Source: Myxococcales bacterium (GTDB taxonomy: Bacteria > Myxococcota_A > UBA9042 > UBA3505). Taken from it: a stretch of DNA of 58,376 bases. The notes under the pieces were generated by a model. It was given only the letters and a program-made list of their open reading frames with translations, searched no databases and was not told the DNA's origin. The translations under genes and the position numbers were made by a program. The first letter of the stretch is position 1; each line of letters starts with the position of its first letter. The stretch covers positions 1 through 58,376 of the forward strand of contig CAUZEG010000004.1 of NCBI GenBank assembly GCA_963578775.1, written 5' to 3'. Shown piece after piece: positions 1 through 11,196 of this stretch.

Positions 1-700
1 TAAGAGCAGTACAACTGTTTCGCGCGTCCTCTACCCAGGCCAGTGCTTCATCCATATCCGAGGTCAACCGATCGACGTACCGTGTATCAAGGCGCCGTTG
101 GGCACGGGCCGGATCCACTTCCACGGCCAGGCAGACACCCCCCTGCATGGTCACAGCCAGGGGCTGGGCTCCGCCCATTCCACCCAGTCCTGCGGTGAGT
201 ACCACCTTGCCACTCAGATCAGAGCCCGGTCCATAGTGCTTTTCAGCGGCTGCACCGAAGGTTTCGTAGGTTCCCTGTAGGATCCCCTGCGTACCGATAT
301 AGATCCAGGAACCAGCCGTCATCTGGCCATACATGATGAGGCCCTGCGCCTCGAGGCTGTTGAACACCTCGTCCGTGGCCCAGGCCGGAACCAACATTGA
401 GTTGGAGATGAGCACGCGGGGGGCATTCTCGTGGGTCTTCATTACGCCCACTGGTTTTCCCGACTGCACCAACAGGGTTTCGTCGTCCCCGAGATCTCGT
501 AGGGATTGGATGATTGTTCGGAGAGCCTTCCAGTCGCGGGCTGCTTTTCCACGCCCACCGTACACGACCAGGTCCGCCGGGCGTTCGGCTACATCCGGAT
601 CCAGATTGTTCAACAAACAACGAAGTGCAGCTTCCTGCCCCCATCCCTTGCACTGCATGTTCTGGCCCCGGAGGGCGCTCAGTTCGTCCCCATTTGTCAT
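1..700 (-). CDS. hutU: Urocanate hydratase (urocanase), N-terminal ~233 codons; the gene runs off the left edge of the window
   Basis: Absent from the ORF track because no stop codon lies inside the window. Hand translation of the reverse strand from the ATG at 700-698 reads [136 protein letters not shown]. This is colinear with the conserved urocanase N-terminus. The start overlaps the upstream stop as ATGA. Confidence 0.9.
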   Translation of the reverse strand, partial: MTNGDELSALRGQNMQCKGWGQEAALRCLLNNLDPDVAERPADLVVYGGRGKAARDWKALRTIIQSLRDLGDDETLLVQSGKPVGVMKTHENAPRVLISNSMLVPAWATDEVFNSLEAQGLIMYGQMTAGSWIYIGTQGILQGTYETFGAAAEKHYGPGSDLSGKVVLTAGLGGMGGAQPLAVTMQGGVCLAVEVDPARAQRRLDTRYVDRLTSDMDEALAWVEDARNSCTAL

Positions 701-1548
701 GCTGGAACCTCTGCCTCCGCCTCCTGAACAGCAATCCGGGCTCGCTCTCGGACACCAGCCGGCAATACGATCCAGCCCAGGAATGCATACGAGCCCATGC
801 AAAGGAACATCCAATCGCCAATGTAGAACGGAGAGAGTGTTTTCAGGCCAAGACTCAAAAACACTACCAGACCTGTGCATACGACGTAGGAACCAAAATA
901 GAACCACACCTTGGGGGGCACTCGACCACTTTCGTGGTGGTGATTCAGATACGGAAATGTCGACATATTCAACAGGCCAAATATCAGGACCATACCGATA
1001 CCAATCAGCTTCAAAGCCGGGGGCCCGTGAAAGAAATGGGAATTGGCGATGGCGGCGAAGGCAAACGCACTCGCAGGTCGGGGGAATCCAAGCCAGCAAC
1101 CGGACACATCGTATTTATAGGTATTGAATCGTGCGAATCGTACGCTGCCGCAAAACAGGGGCACCGCAGCGATCGAAAAGGAGCATGCTGTAGCCGCAAA
1201 CTTAGTCAATTCATAGTCATAACGGAACACGGGGAAGTAGGCCGCGTATAGCAGGAAAGCCGGAGCCACTGCGTACGACATATGGTCCGATACATTGTCG
1301 AACTCGGCTCCGAATTGGTTCTCTCGATGGGTCAAACGAGCCACGATACCGTCTGTAACGTCGAAGAAGAGGGAGCCAAAAAGTGCCAAGGCACCATAGA
1401 GCACCCCGTACTCCATCGATAAAACGACGGACGCCATCCCCGACAGCAGATTTCCTGCGGTGAACATATCTTTCAGGGCAAGCCGCATTCGGATCCTTCC
1501 CAGGCGTTTCAATGGAGGCCTTATAGCACCTCGATGCACTTCGGTCAT
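697..1548 (-). CDS. pssA: CDP-alcohol phosphatidyltransferase, phosphatidylserine-synthase-like
   Basis: 283-aa ORF with several hydrophobic helices. It carries the family signature D-G-x2-A-R-x8-G-x3-D-x3-D as [23 protein letters not shown]. Met21 (nt 1488) is an alternative start. Confidence 0.8.
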   Translation of the reverse strand: MTEVHRGAIRPPLKRLGRIRMRLALKDMFTAGNLLSGMASVVLSMEYGVLYGALALFGSLFFDVTDGIVARLTHRENQFGAEFDNVSDHMSYAVAPAFLLYAAYFPVFRYDYELTKFAATACSFSIAAVPLFCGSVRFARFNTYKYDVSGCWLGFPRPASAFAFAAIANSHFFHGPPALKLIGIGMVLIFGLLNMSTFPYLNHHHESGRVPPKVWFYFGSYVVCTGLVVFLSLGLKTLSPFYIGDWMFLCMGSYAFLGWIVLPAGVRERARIAVQEAEAEVPA

Positions 1549-1633
1549 TCCTGATCTTTAACTTGCACCGGCCCCCGGCGATCTGTACCTTCGTGTTGCG
1601 TTTCCATCCAATGCGATTGCGAACGGGGTACCC

Positions 1634-2185
1634 ATGGCTCGAATTCGACAGCAGCTAATCATGTTGGGCATCTTCGTAATGGTCGCTTTGGGCCCCCACA
1701 TCGAACCAGCCCTCGCAACGGTGATCCCCTCGTTCACATTGCCGGGTCTGGTCACCCGAGCCGACATCGTCGCGGTAGCTACCGTGACCGATTTGAAGGC
1801 AAGTCGATCCGGCCCGCATCACTTTATCTACACCGATTATACGCTCCAGACCGAAGCAATCTGGCTGGCCCGGGGATCCGCTCGTAAGCTAAAGGCCGGT
1901 GAACCAATGCTGCTACGTCAGATCGGAGGGGTCCTGGCGGACGCGGAACAAACCGTCGTCGGAACCGCCGATCTGCGGCGCGGTGACCGGATTGTGATCA
2001 TAGCCCGATTCATCGATGGGCGAGCCTACCTGGTCGGAATGGGTCAGGGAGCGCGATATGTCTCCGATTCATCGGTCCGGGTTTCCAGGCCTGGTCGAGC
2101 CCATCCGACTCGCAAGGCGCCTGCACCAACCCTGGAGCAGTTCAGGCAACGTGTGCGCAGCGTGTTGGAAGAGGCGGGGCAATGA
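1634..2185 (+). CDS. Hypothetical secreted protein (183 aa)
   Basis: ORF with an N-terminal hydrophobic leader (LIMLGIFVMVALG..ALA). Its stop overlaps the next start (ATGA at 2182-2185). I recognise no motif. Confidence 0.55.
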   Translation: MARIRQQLIMLGIFVMVALGPHIEPALATVIPSFTLPGLVTRADIVAVATVTDLKASRSGPHHFIYTDYTLQTEAIWLARGSARKLKAGEPMLLRQIGGVLADAEQTVVGTADLRRGDRIVIIARFIDGRAYLVGMGQGARYVSDSSVRVSRPGRAHPTRKAPAPTLEQFRQRVRSVLEEAGQ

Positions 2186-4116
2186 AGAGGTCTATGTTTC
2201 TTCTAGGGTTCTGTCTCCTATTTCTGGGGACCACTCTTTCGGCCTCGGCCTACGTCTCGCTGAAGACCCAGGGAGGCACCGAAACAACCTGGTCGAAGAC
2301 AACAATCCCCTGGTACCTCAACCCCACGCCGGTACCGGGAATCGCCTATGATGATATGCGCAACGCCATCGACGCAGCCTTTGCTACATGGGCCAACGTA
2401 TCCTGCTCTGGCCAGGGCTTTTCCTATATGAGCCCAAGTACCAATCCCCAGAATGGAGCCATCTACATCGAATCTGCCAACGGTGAATGGGATCCGTCTG
2501 TGGGCGATGCGGCCGCATACACCGTCTCGGACAAGAAATGGAACGGTGAGATCAAATACTCGGTCATCGTCTTCAACGGTGTGGACATCTCCTGGACGAC
2601 CTCCGCATCGGCCTCCCTATATGGCTACAAAACCGATATTCAGGGGGTCGCGACCCACGAAATTGGCCATGCCCTCGGCCTGGACCATCCCCATGTGCGT
2701 GCGGCCACCATGTTCTTTTCCGGCGGTTCATCCGAGCTCCGGTCCCTGGATAACGACGACCAGAAAGGCCTCTGCTATCTGTATCCGAGTGGGTCCTTTA
2801 CCACCGGGACCGCATGCGATTCCTGTATGGGGCACAGCAACTGTCAGGACAATACATGCCTGAGTTTCCCGTGGGAAAACGCCGCCTATTGCGGACAGTC
2901 CTGCAATACAGCGGCTGACTGTGCCAAAGGGTTCAGCTGCCAAGGTGTGGCAGACGCTGGAAACCATTGCCTACCCACCCATGACTATTGCAGTCCGGAA
3001 GGCGGAAATATTGCTATGGGGGACTATTGCTGGGGTCCGGCCATGTGCAGCTCCGGAATCTGTATTCCCACTTCGGACGACGCCTACTGTTCCCAACAAT
3101 GCGATCCGAACAACCCGAACAGTTGCCCATCGAATTACGCCTGCTACGGGGGCGGTGGTAACGAAGGGATCTGCTTTAAGAAGGGTAGTAAACAATTCGG
3201 AGAAGAGTGCACAGCTCCCCTGGAATGCGCCAGTACAGACTGTTTTTCCGGCCAATGTTCCAGCCTATGTGAAACCGACGACGATTGTTCCGGCATCAAT
3301 ATCTGTGCCGTGGGTCACTGTATTCCTCCCGGTCCTTTCTTCTACGGGCAGGCCTGCGACTCGCATCTTGACTGCTCCACCGGGTATTGCGCCACCGGAT
3401 TCGAACGCTATTGCAGTGAGGAATGCACGACTACGTCTGAGTGTCCTCCCGGTGCCGCTTGTATCTTCGGAGGCTACTGCGAGAAACTGACCTTCTCCGC
3501 AGAAGGAGAGGTCTGCCAACAGGACGCGGATTGTGCTCCTGGGTTGAATTGTATCCACGATACACAGTCCGTCTTTGGCGAGTGCCGACAACTCTGCGAC
3601 CCTATCAGTGATAGCGGCTGCCAAGCTGGCAAGGTCTGTCTCTGGTTCTTCGAGCCCGTCGACCAGAAAATTGTGGGCGGCTGTATCGAAGACACCGGTG
3701 GGGCGGGAATCGGTGGTGTCTGCGGTGGCGGCGCCGGCAACTGCAAACCGCATTTGATCTGCGCAACAATTACAGGTCCAACCGGAACCTGTGTTCCCGA
3801 CTGTCGAGTAAGCGACAGTGCCGGCTGTGATCCCAGCGCCGGCTGTGTCAGTCTCAATGATTCATCCGACCCCTTTCACGGCGCTTGTATCGAGGGAATG
3901 GGAAACTCCCCACCCCCTGATACGGCTACCCATGACACGGGTTCAACAGCCGATACCACAAACGCGATTGATATGGGCGTACCGGTTGATCCGGTCAACT
4001 CTTCTAGTGGCGGAGGATGTGCGGCCGGATCATCGAACGGAGCACCGCTATATCTCTGGCTACTGCTGGCCGGCTTACTGGGACTTGCCTACCATCGGCG
4101 GCGGTCGGAAATATGA
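2182..4116 (+). CDS. Secreted matrixin-like (M10/metzincin) zinc metalloprotease with a long Cys-rich stalk and a MYXO-CTERM-like tail
   Basis: Signal peptide MKRSMFLLGFCLLFLGTTLSASA. Extended zinc motif HEIGHALGLDH followed by a Met-turn candidate (ATMFF). About 400 aa of repeated Cys-rich modules of the type C-x3-DC-x-G-x-C. The C-terminus reads GGGCAAGSS..LYLWLLLAGLLGLAYHRRRSEI. Confidence 0.85.
   Translation: MKRSMFLLGFCLLFLGTTLSASAYVSLKTQGGTETTWSKTTIPWYLNPTPVPGIAYDDMRNAIDAAFATWANVSCSGQGFSYMSPSTNPQNGAIYIESANGEWDPSVGDAAAYTVSDKKWNGEIKYSVIVFNGVDISWTTSASASLYGYKTDIQGVATHEIGHALGLDHPHVRAATMFFSGGSSELRSLDNDDQKGLCYLYPSGSFTTGTACDSCMGHSNCQDNTCLSFPWENAAYCGQSCNTAADCAKGFSCQGVADAGNHCLPTHDYCSPEGGNIAMGDYCWGPAMCSSGICIPTSDDAYCSQQCDPNNPNSCPSNYACYGGGGNEGICFKKGSKQFGEECTAPLECASTDCFSGQCSSLCETDDDCSGINICAVGHCIPPGPFFYGQACDSHLDCSTGYCATGFERYCSEECTTTSECPPGAACIFGGYCEKLTFSAEGEVCQQDADCAPGLNCIHDTQSVFGECRQLCDPISDSGCQAGKVCLWFFEPVDQKIVGGCIEDTGGAGIGGVCGGGAGNCKPHLICATITGPTGTCVPDCRVSDSAGCDPSAGCVSLNDSSDPFHGACIEGMGNSPPPDTATHDTGSTADTTNAIDMGVPVDPVNSSSGGGCAAGSSNGAPLYLWLLLAGLLGLAYHRRRSEI
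4003..4113 (+). other. MYXO-CTERM-like C-terminal sorting signal within the protease gene
   Basis: Gly/Ser-rich stretch with a Cys (SSGGGCAAGSS), then a hydrophobic helix (LYLWLLLAGLLGLAY), then a basic cluster (HRRR) at the extreme C-terminus. This is the tripartite layout described for the MYXO-CTERM sorting domain. Confidence 0.6.
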
Positions 4117-4373
4117 CGGTAGACCCGCGTATCGTTATCTACGTTACGGATCGCTGTCCATATTGTGTGATGGCCAAACGCCTTCTCGACGCTCGTTCGA
4201 TCCCCTATCGTGAAGTCGACATCCAAGATAATCAGACCCGCCAAGACATCGTTGCAAAAACCGGTTGGCAAACCGTCCCGATTATTCTTCTGGATGACGA
4301 GCTGGTGGGTGGATATATGGAGCTCGCTACACTGGACCAGAGCGGCGACCTGAAGCAACGGCTTCAGCTTTAG
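4113..4373 (+). CDS. Glutaredoxin (86 aa)
   Basis: Internal ATG at 4113 of the 4017-4373 ORF gives MTVDPRIVIYVTDRCPYCVMAKRLL..TVPIILLDDELVGGY. It has the CPYC active site and the TVP / GG glutaredoxin motifs. The start overlaps the protease stop as ATGA. Confidence 0.85.
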   Translation: MTVDPRIVIYVTDRCPYCVMAKRLLDARSIPYREVDIQDNQTRQDIVAKTGWQTVPIILLDDELVGGYMELATLDQSGDLKQRLQL

Positions 4374-4395
4374 ACCTGGAAGCTCGACGCAAGGT

Positions 4396-5169
4396 TCAAC
4401 GCCCCTTCCACTCCGGATCGCGCTTGGTCAGAAACGCCGTCAGCCCTTCGGCTGCATCTTCCAGGAAGAAATTAAGCCCGAGACCATCGGCCCCCAAAGC
4501 GGCCGCCTCGTGAAGCGAAAGATCCGCCATACGATGGAAATGCTGAACCCCCAGACGATGTACGGCCGAAGAAAAACTGCATAGCTGGCCGACATATTGG
4601 TCTACGAAAGCATCCAATTCGTCATCCGCGACCACCCGCGTTAAACAATGATTCTCCAATGCTTCGGCCGCAGTCATCCGCTCACCCCGAAGCAGGAGAT
4701 CCATGGTGGCCTTTCGCCCCATATGACGCAGGATCAACGGCATGATCATCATGGGGAATAGGCCCACCTTGATCTCCGGGGTACCCAGGGTAGCGGACTC
4801 GGCCGCGATGGCGATGTCGCAGGCAAGCGCCAGACCAAAACCGCCGCCTAATGCGTGGCCATTGATCTTCGCTACAGTCGGTTTTCCCACATGGCTGAAT
4901 GTCTCCAGGAGCTCCACAAATGCAAGACGTTGCGTCTGCTGCTTGGCGACGCCTCCCATGGCGCCTGGATTCAGATCTCCGCCAGCACAAAACGCCTTGC
5001 CGGCGCCGGTTAAGACGATCACATGGACGCCCTCATCCTGGCCGGCGGCCACCAATCGCTCCCGTAGTTCGTGTACCAGCTCTGAACTGAGGGCATTTCT
5101 ACGCTCGGGACGATTCAATATGAGGGTACGAACTCCCGCGTTGTCAGATACCGTTACGATCGACTCCAT
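4396..5169 (-). CDS. Enoyl-CoA hydratase/isomerase (crotonase) family protein
   Basis: 257 aa. It contains LNRPERRNAL, VIVLTGAGKAFCAGGDL and INGHALGGGFGLALACD, which are typical crotonase-fold oxyanion-hole segments. Confidence 0.85.
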   Translation of the reverse strand: MESIVTVSDNAGVRTLILNRPERRNALSSELVHELRERLVAAGQDEGVHVIVLTGAGKAFCAGGDLNPGAMGGVAKQQTQRLAFVELLETFSHVGKPTVAKINGHALGGGFGLALACDIAIAAESATLGTPEIKVGLFPMMIMPLILRHMGRKATMDLLLRGERMTAAEALENHCLTRVVADDELDAFVDQYVGQLCSFSSAVHRLGVQHFHRMADLSLHEAAALGADGLGLNFFLEDAAEGLTAFLTKRDPEWKGR

Positions 5170-5178
5170 GGATCCCCC

Positions 5179-6459
<1,281 letters not shown>

Positions 6460-6668
6460 TCACCTCTCCGTTGCGCCTATCCATTGCGCGTGGTGGAGAA
6501 ACTTACGCCATTTGCGACCCCACCTGTCAAACGATTTCGACTACGGGTTGCGTGATTTGCGCTCCAGTGCGAAAAACGGCATCTGAAACAGATTCTCTGG
6601 TCGTCGTCCGCCATTTTTGCAGGGATTATCCTACGGCGACGACACTGACTTTCACCCCCATTTTCGCC

Positions 6669-7649
6669 ATGAACCCAAACGATCTGGCCAGCCTGGTACA
6701 AACAAGGCTTCAAGCCTCGGAGGCGTTGCGCAAAGAGCTCATCGGCCTGGCTCTCTCCTGGATAGAGAACCAGACGGTTTCGCAACTGGCTGAACCCGAC
6801 GTCATTACGACGATTCTGAGCGATGCGCTGACTTCCGAATTCGGACAACAGCAGATCGCACTGGAAATGGAGCACCTCTTCAACACCGAGGAGTCCGAAT
6901 CGGAGTTGGGCAATATACCCCTCGGCGACGCCATTCCCGACACCGTTGTCACGGCAATAGAGGCGCGCCTGGGACGCCCCTTCTCCTACCCATCCGGCAT
7001 TCTTGATGATGTCCTTGACCCCGCCTTCGTGCGGCGGATCCTGGGGGAGGCCCTTGCCGACACTCTGGAGGACTTTGTCCAACGAAGCCCTCTTGCCGGA
7101 TCATCGGGGGTCCTTGGATCCCTGGCCCGAGGTGCTGGGCGGATGGGCCAAAAGGGGAGTAGCTTTTTGTCCGGGGTTGGCGCCGAACTACAAAAGTCAC
7201 TGTCTGTTCAAGCGAAGGACTTCGCGCATCGTTCCGCAGACACCTTCCGACAGCAACTTATGACCCGTTTACGGGCGTCAGAAAACGCCGCTGAATTTGC
7301 TGCAGCTCGCCATCAACTCCTTAAGAACATCCTGCTGCTACGCTGGGCAGATCTGCGCGACCTCGGAGCGGATCCCGGCCCAGATGAGCTCTCCGGATGG
7401 CTCCAGCAAATTATCGTCCAGAACCTCAATCGAGAGGAGGTTCTGACCGCCATCAAGCAATATATCGACAACCGAATCCATGAACATGGAGACCTCTCCG
7501 TGAGAGAGCTTCTGGAAAAGGCCAACGTCCGCACCCAGGTGGCGGAACTGTTGACCAGGCATGGGGACCGGGCCATTACAACCGTAGTGAATACATCGGA
7601 ATTCCACGCCTGGCTGGCAAAATGCTTTTCCGACCCTGATGAGTCCTAA
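6669..7649 (+). CDS. Hypothetical protein (~326 aa, predicted helical, acidic)
   Basis: The long ORF is 6471-7649. I prefer the ATG at 6669 (MNPNDLASL..) because the upstream 66 codons overlap the divergent enolase promoter region and look non-protein-like. I recognise no motif. Confidence 0.55.
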   Translation: MNPNDLASLVQTRLQASEALRKELIGLALSWIENQTVSQLAEPDVITTILSDALTSEFGQQQIALEMEHLFNTEESESELGNIPLGDAIPDTVVTAIEARLGRPFSYPSGILDDVLDPAFVRRILGEALADTLEDFVQRSPLAGSSGVLGSLARGAGRMGQKGSSFLSGVGAELQKSLSVQAKDFAHRSADTFRQQLMTRLRASENAAEFAAARHQLLKNILLLRWADLRDLGADPGPDELSGWLQQIIVQNLNREEVLTAIKQYIDNRIHEHGDLSVRELLEKANVRTQVAELLTRHGDRAITTVVNTSEFHAWLAKCFSDPDES

Positions 7650-7685
7650 CCCGTTCAATATGCACCGGGTTCAAGGAGGCCGCAC

Positions 7686-10600
7686 GTGATCCCCAGACGC
7701 CTACTCCATATTCTCCTCGCCGCCCTGCTATGGCCCTGCTGGGCACAGGCCGATCCCAACCACGGTCCCACCGCTCCCAACGAAGCCGCAGGCGAATACG
7801 AAAACGACCGGGACCGCCCCAAACCAGAGGAATGGAATGTAGAGGCCGAACACGGACCAACCCAGACCGTAACCATTCAAACCACTACCGGTACCTGGTT
7901 GAGTCTGGACGTCAGCCCTGACGGAAAGACCCTTGTTTTCGACCTGCTCGGAGACATCTACAGTCTGCCCATCGACGGAGGAGACGCGAGCTCGCTTAGC
8001 AGAGGCCCCGCCTGGGATATGCAGCCCAGATTCAGCCCCGATGGGTCGGAGATTGCGTTCACAAGCGACCGGGGAGGGGGCGACAACATCTGGGTGATGA
8101 AGCACGACGGAAAAGATCCCACGGCCATTACAAAGGAGATATATCGTCTCTTCAACAGCCCCGTCTGGTCCCCCGACGGGAAGTATATCGCGGCCCGGAA
8201 GCACTTTACCTCGCGCCGAAGTGTGGGGGCGGGCGAAATCTGGCTCATGCACCGCCGTGGAGGCAGTGGTGTCCAGATGACCAAACGACAAAACCAGCAG
8301 AAAGATCTCGGGGAACCAACCTTTTCACCCGACGGTCGCTACCTGTACTTCAGTCGCGATGCGACCCCGGGGCCCCGATTCGAATATAATAAGGACTCCA
8401 ACAAACAGATCTACGCCATCGACCGCCTGGATCGGCAAGGTGGGGATATCGAACAATTCCTGGGAGGACCCGGTGGAGCGATTCGACCGACTCCCTCCCC
8501 GGATGGGAAATGGATGGCATATATCCGGCGGATTCGTGCCCAGAGCGTTCTGGTATTACACGATATGACGTCCGGCGCGGAACGCATCCTCTACGACCAA
8601 TTGGATCGCGATCTTCAAGAGACCTGGGCCATCCATGGGGTCTACCCTGCCATGGCCTGGACCCCGGATAGCAAGAGCGTCGTATTCTGGGCGGGAGGAC
8701 ATATCCACCGGACCCATATCAAGACGAATAAAACGCGACAGATTCCCTTCCGCGTCGACTCCACACGCAAGATTACCCGGGCCTTACGAAACCCCGTATC
8801 CGTTGCTCCGAAGGACTTCGACACCCGCATGTTGCGCTGGGTTTCCGTGGCTCCGAATGGGCGTTCTGTCGTCTTTCAGGCGCTCGGACACCTCTACGTC
8901 CGCAAACTCCCTGATGGGCGTCCCAAACGACTGACTCGCGACAAGAACGTCTTTGAGTTCTATCCCTCTTTCTCACGCGATGGGAAATATATCGTGTACA
9001 CGACCTGGAGCGACGAGAAGCTGGGCAGCGTGCGAGTTGTTTCCGCCAGTGGAGGCCGAAGTCGATCTCTTGCCACCGGCCCCGGCCACTATATTGAACC
9101 CGTTTTCAGCCCCGATAGCCGGTCGGTGATCTACCGTAAGATCGCCGGTGGATACCTCGTCAGTAAGCTCTGGTCCCGCTCCCCAGACCTATATCAAATC
9201 CCCATCCGGGGAGGATCTCCGTCACAGCTGCACCTTAAGGGCTCACAACCTCATTTCGGGGCAGACCCGAATCTACTATTCTACCAATCCGCAACAGCGA
9301 AACATCAGCATCTCCTGAAGAGTCTCGACCTGAAGACTGGACGCCAGAAAACCTGGGCTACAAGCAAAGCGGCGACCGCGTTTCGGGTATCTCCCAACGG
9401 TCGATTTCTGGCATTTCAAGAGGGGTACAAAACCTATGTGGCCCCCTTCCCCAAAACCGGGCGGAAGATACGGGTCGGCCCACGTATGAAGGGTCTACCG
9501 GTCGTCCCGTTATCCACTGGTTCGGGAGACTATGTCCATTGGTCTGGTGATAGCCAACGCCTGTATTGGTCCCTCGGTCCGGATCTCTTTCATCTTTCGG
9601 TGGACGACGCCCGGGCCGAAAAACCTCCAGCACCCCAGGTGATTCGGATTGGGTTTTCGGTACCGACAGATCGGCCCAAAGGCGTAATTGCTCTGGTAGG
9701 TGGCCGCATCGTAACCATGCGAGGCCACGAGGTCATCGAACGAGGCACCGTCCTCATCATCAATAATCGGATTCAAGCGGTAGGCCCCACAGAAACGGTT
9801 CCAGTCCCTGCGGGGGCTCACGTAGTCGATATTACCGGGAAAACGGTCCTACCCGGCCTGATCGATGTACACGATCACACACCTCATACCCATCATGGCC
9901 TCACACCACAGAAGAACTGGCGCCACTATGCGTTGCTTGGTTTTGGAGTAACCACTGTTCATGACCCCTCCAACCGGAGCTCATCGGTATTCTCAACTTC
10001 GGAATTGGCGCGCGCCGGACGTATCACAGCTCCTCGAATCTTCTCTACGGGTACAATCCTCTACGGTGCGAGTGGAGAGATCCGCGCGGAGATCAACAAC
10101 CTGGATGACGCCAGGCAACATCTTCGACGAATGGCGGCCTATGGCGCTATTTCGGTAAAAAGCTACAACCAGCCACGACGAGACCAACGCCAACAGGTAC
10201 TTAAAGCAGCTCGAGACCTTGGGCTGATGGTTCTACCGGAAGGAGGAGCCCTTTTTCAGCACAATATGAATATGATCGTCGACGGGCACACCGGGATAGA
10301 ACATGCCATTCCTCTGGCGCGTGCCTACGATGACGTCGTGCAATTATGGGCCCAGAGTGAAACCGGCTATACGCCGACTCTGAACGTGGCCTATGGCGGG
10401 TTAGCGGGAGAGTTGTACTGGTACCAACATACCGAGGTCTCCGATCATCCCAGGCTTCGCAAATTCGTCCCGAGAGAGGTTCTCGACCCCCGATCGCGGC
10501 GCCGAATGCTCGTTCCCGACGGCGACTGGAACCATATCGAAGTCGCACGCTTCGCCAAGCGCCTCATCGATCGGGGCGGCCGTGTACAGATTGGGGCCCA

Positions 10601-10928
10601 TGGCCAACGGGAAGGGTTGGGAGCTCACTGGGAGATATGGACTCTCGTAGAGGGAGGGTTTACACCATTTGAAGCGCTCCGCGCCGCGACATTGCATGGA
10701 GCCTGGTATCTGGGGTTGGACGGAGATCTTGGATCCATCGAACCGGGGAAATTAGCCGACTTATTCGTCGTGGACGGAAATCCCCTGACCGATATTCGAA
10801 AATCAGAGTTCGTACACTTTACGATGGTTAACGGTCGTTTGTACGAGGCAAACTCAATGGCCCAGATCGGCAACGAAAAACGCCTCGCACCCAAGTTTTA
10901 CTGGCAGCAGAAAGGCGTTCTTCCGTAG
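7686..10928 (+). CDS. Periplasmic TolB-like beta-propeller (PD40 repeats) fused to a C-terminal amidohydrolase domain
   Basis: 1080 aa with a GTG start and a signal peptide (LLHILLAALLWPCWAQA). It has repeated (F/W)SPDG(K/R) PD40-type motifs (RFSPDGSEIAF, VWSPDGKYIAA, TFSPDGRYLYF, TPSPDGKWMAY, VFSPDSRSVIY, RVSPNGRFLAF). The C-terminal metal-dependent hydrolase signature is LPGLIDVHDH. Confidence 0.8.
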   Translation: MIPRRLLHILLAALLWPCWAQADPNHGPTAPNEAAGEYENDRDRPKPEEWNVEAEHGPTQTVTIQTTTGTWLSLDVSPDGKTLVFDLLGDIYSLPIDGGDASSLSRGPAWDMQPRFSPDGSEIAFTSDRGGGDNIWVMKHDGKDPTAITKEIYRLFNSPVWSPDGKYIAARKHFTSRRSVGAGEIWLMHRRGGSGVQMTKRQNQQKDLGEPTFSPDGRYLYFSRDATPGPRFEYNKDSNKQIYAIDRLDRQGGDIEQFLGGPGGAIRPTPSPDGKWMAYIRRIRAQSVLVLHDMTSGAERILYDQLDRDLQETWAIHGVYPAMAWTPDSKSVVFWAGGHIHRTHIKTNKTRQIPFRVDSTRKITRALRNPVSVAPKDFDTRMLRWVSVAPNGRSVVFQALGHLYVRKLPDGRPKRLTRDKNVFEFYPSFSRDGKYIVYTTWSDEKLGSVRVVSASGGRSRSLATGPGHYIEPVFSPDSRSVIYRKIAGGYLVSKLWSRSPDLYQIPIRGGSPSQLHLKGSQPHFGADPNLLFYQSATAKHQHLLKSLDLKTGRQKTWATSKAATAFRVSPNGRFLAFQEGYKTYVAPFPKTGRKIRVGPRMKGLPVVPLSTGSGDYVHWSGDSQRLYWSLGPDLFHLSVDDARAEKPPAPQVIRIGFSVPTDRPKGVIALVGGRIVTMRGHEVIERGTVLIINNRIQAVGPTETVPVPAGAHVVDITGKTVLPGLIDVHDHTPHTHHGLTPQKNWRHYALLGFGVTTVHDPSNRSSSVFSTSELARAGRITAPRIFSTGTILYGASGEIRAEINNLDDARQHLRRMAAYGAISVKSYNQPRRDQRQQVLKAARDLGLMVLPEGGALFQHNMNMIVDGHTGIEHAIPLARAYDDVVQLWAQSETGYTPTLNVAYGGLAGELYWYQHTEVSDHPRLRKFVPREVLDPRSRRRMLVPDGDWNHIEVARFAKRLIDRGGRVQIGAHGQREGLGAHWEIWTLVEGGFTPFEALRAATLHGAWYLGLDGDLGSIEPGKLADLFVVDGNPLTDIRKSEFVHFTMVNGRLYEANSMAQIGNEKRLAPKFYWQQKGVLP

Positions 10929-11196
10929 TTCAGTCCTGCATATAGGCCAGATTTCCAGATTCAAACATGGCCTCAATACCATACGTATCGCGCGAGGTTC
11001 GTGGTTTTGCGTCCGGGCGGGTTTCTTGACCGCCCCAAAACCCCGATGCTAGCATTTCATCGAAACGTGCCATGATCATTTACTAATCTGGATCACGAAT
11101 GGCGATGGAGGAACGAGGGAGCACAAAGGGGCAAAAGGTGCATGCCAAGTTGTATCTCGCCAGCAAATATTTCAACAGGGTTTGGGTGAACTGCTC

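Noticed and set aside
98-1251. Track ORFs 98-280, 243-821, 333-1127, 506-727 and 514-1251, which cover the left end of the window.
   Set aside because: They all overlap the hand-translated hutU frame (1-700, minus) and the pssA-like gene. Both of those carry unambiguous family motifs, while the listed ORFs have Arg/Pro/Ser-rich compositions typical of wrong-frame high-GC translations.
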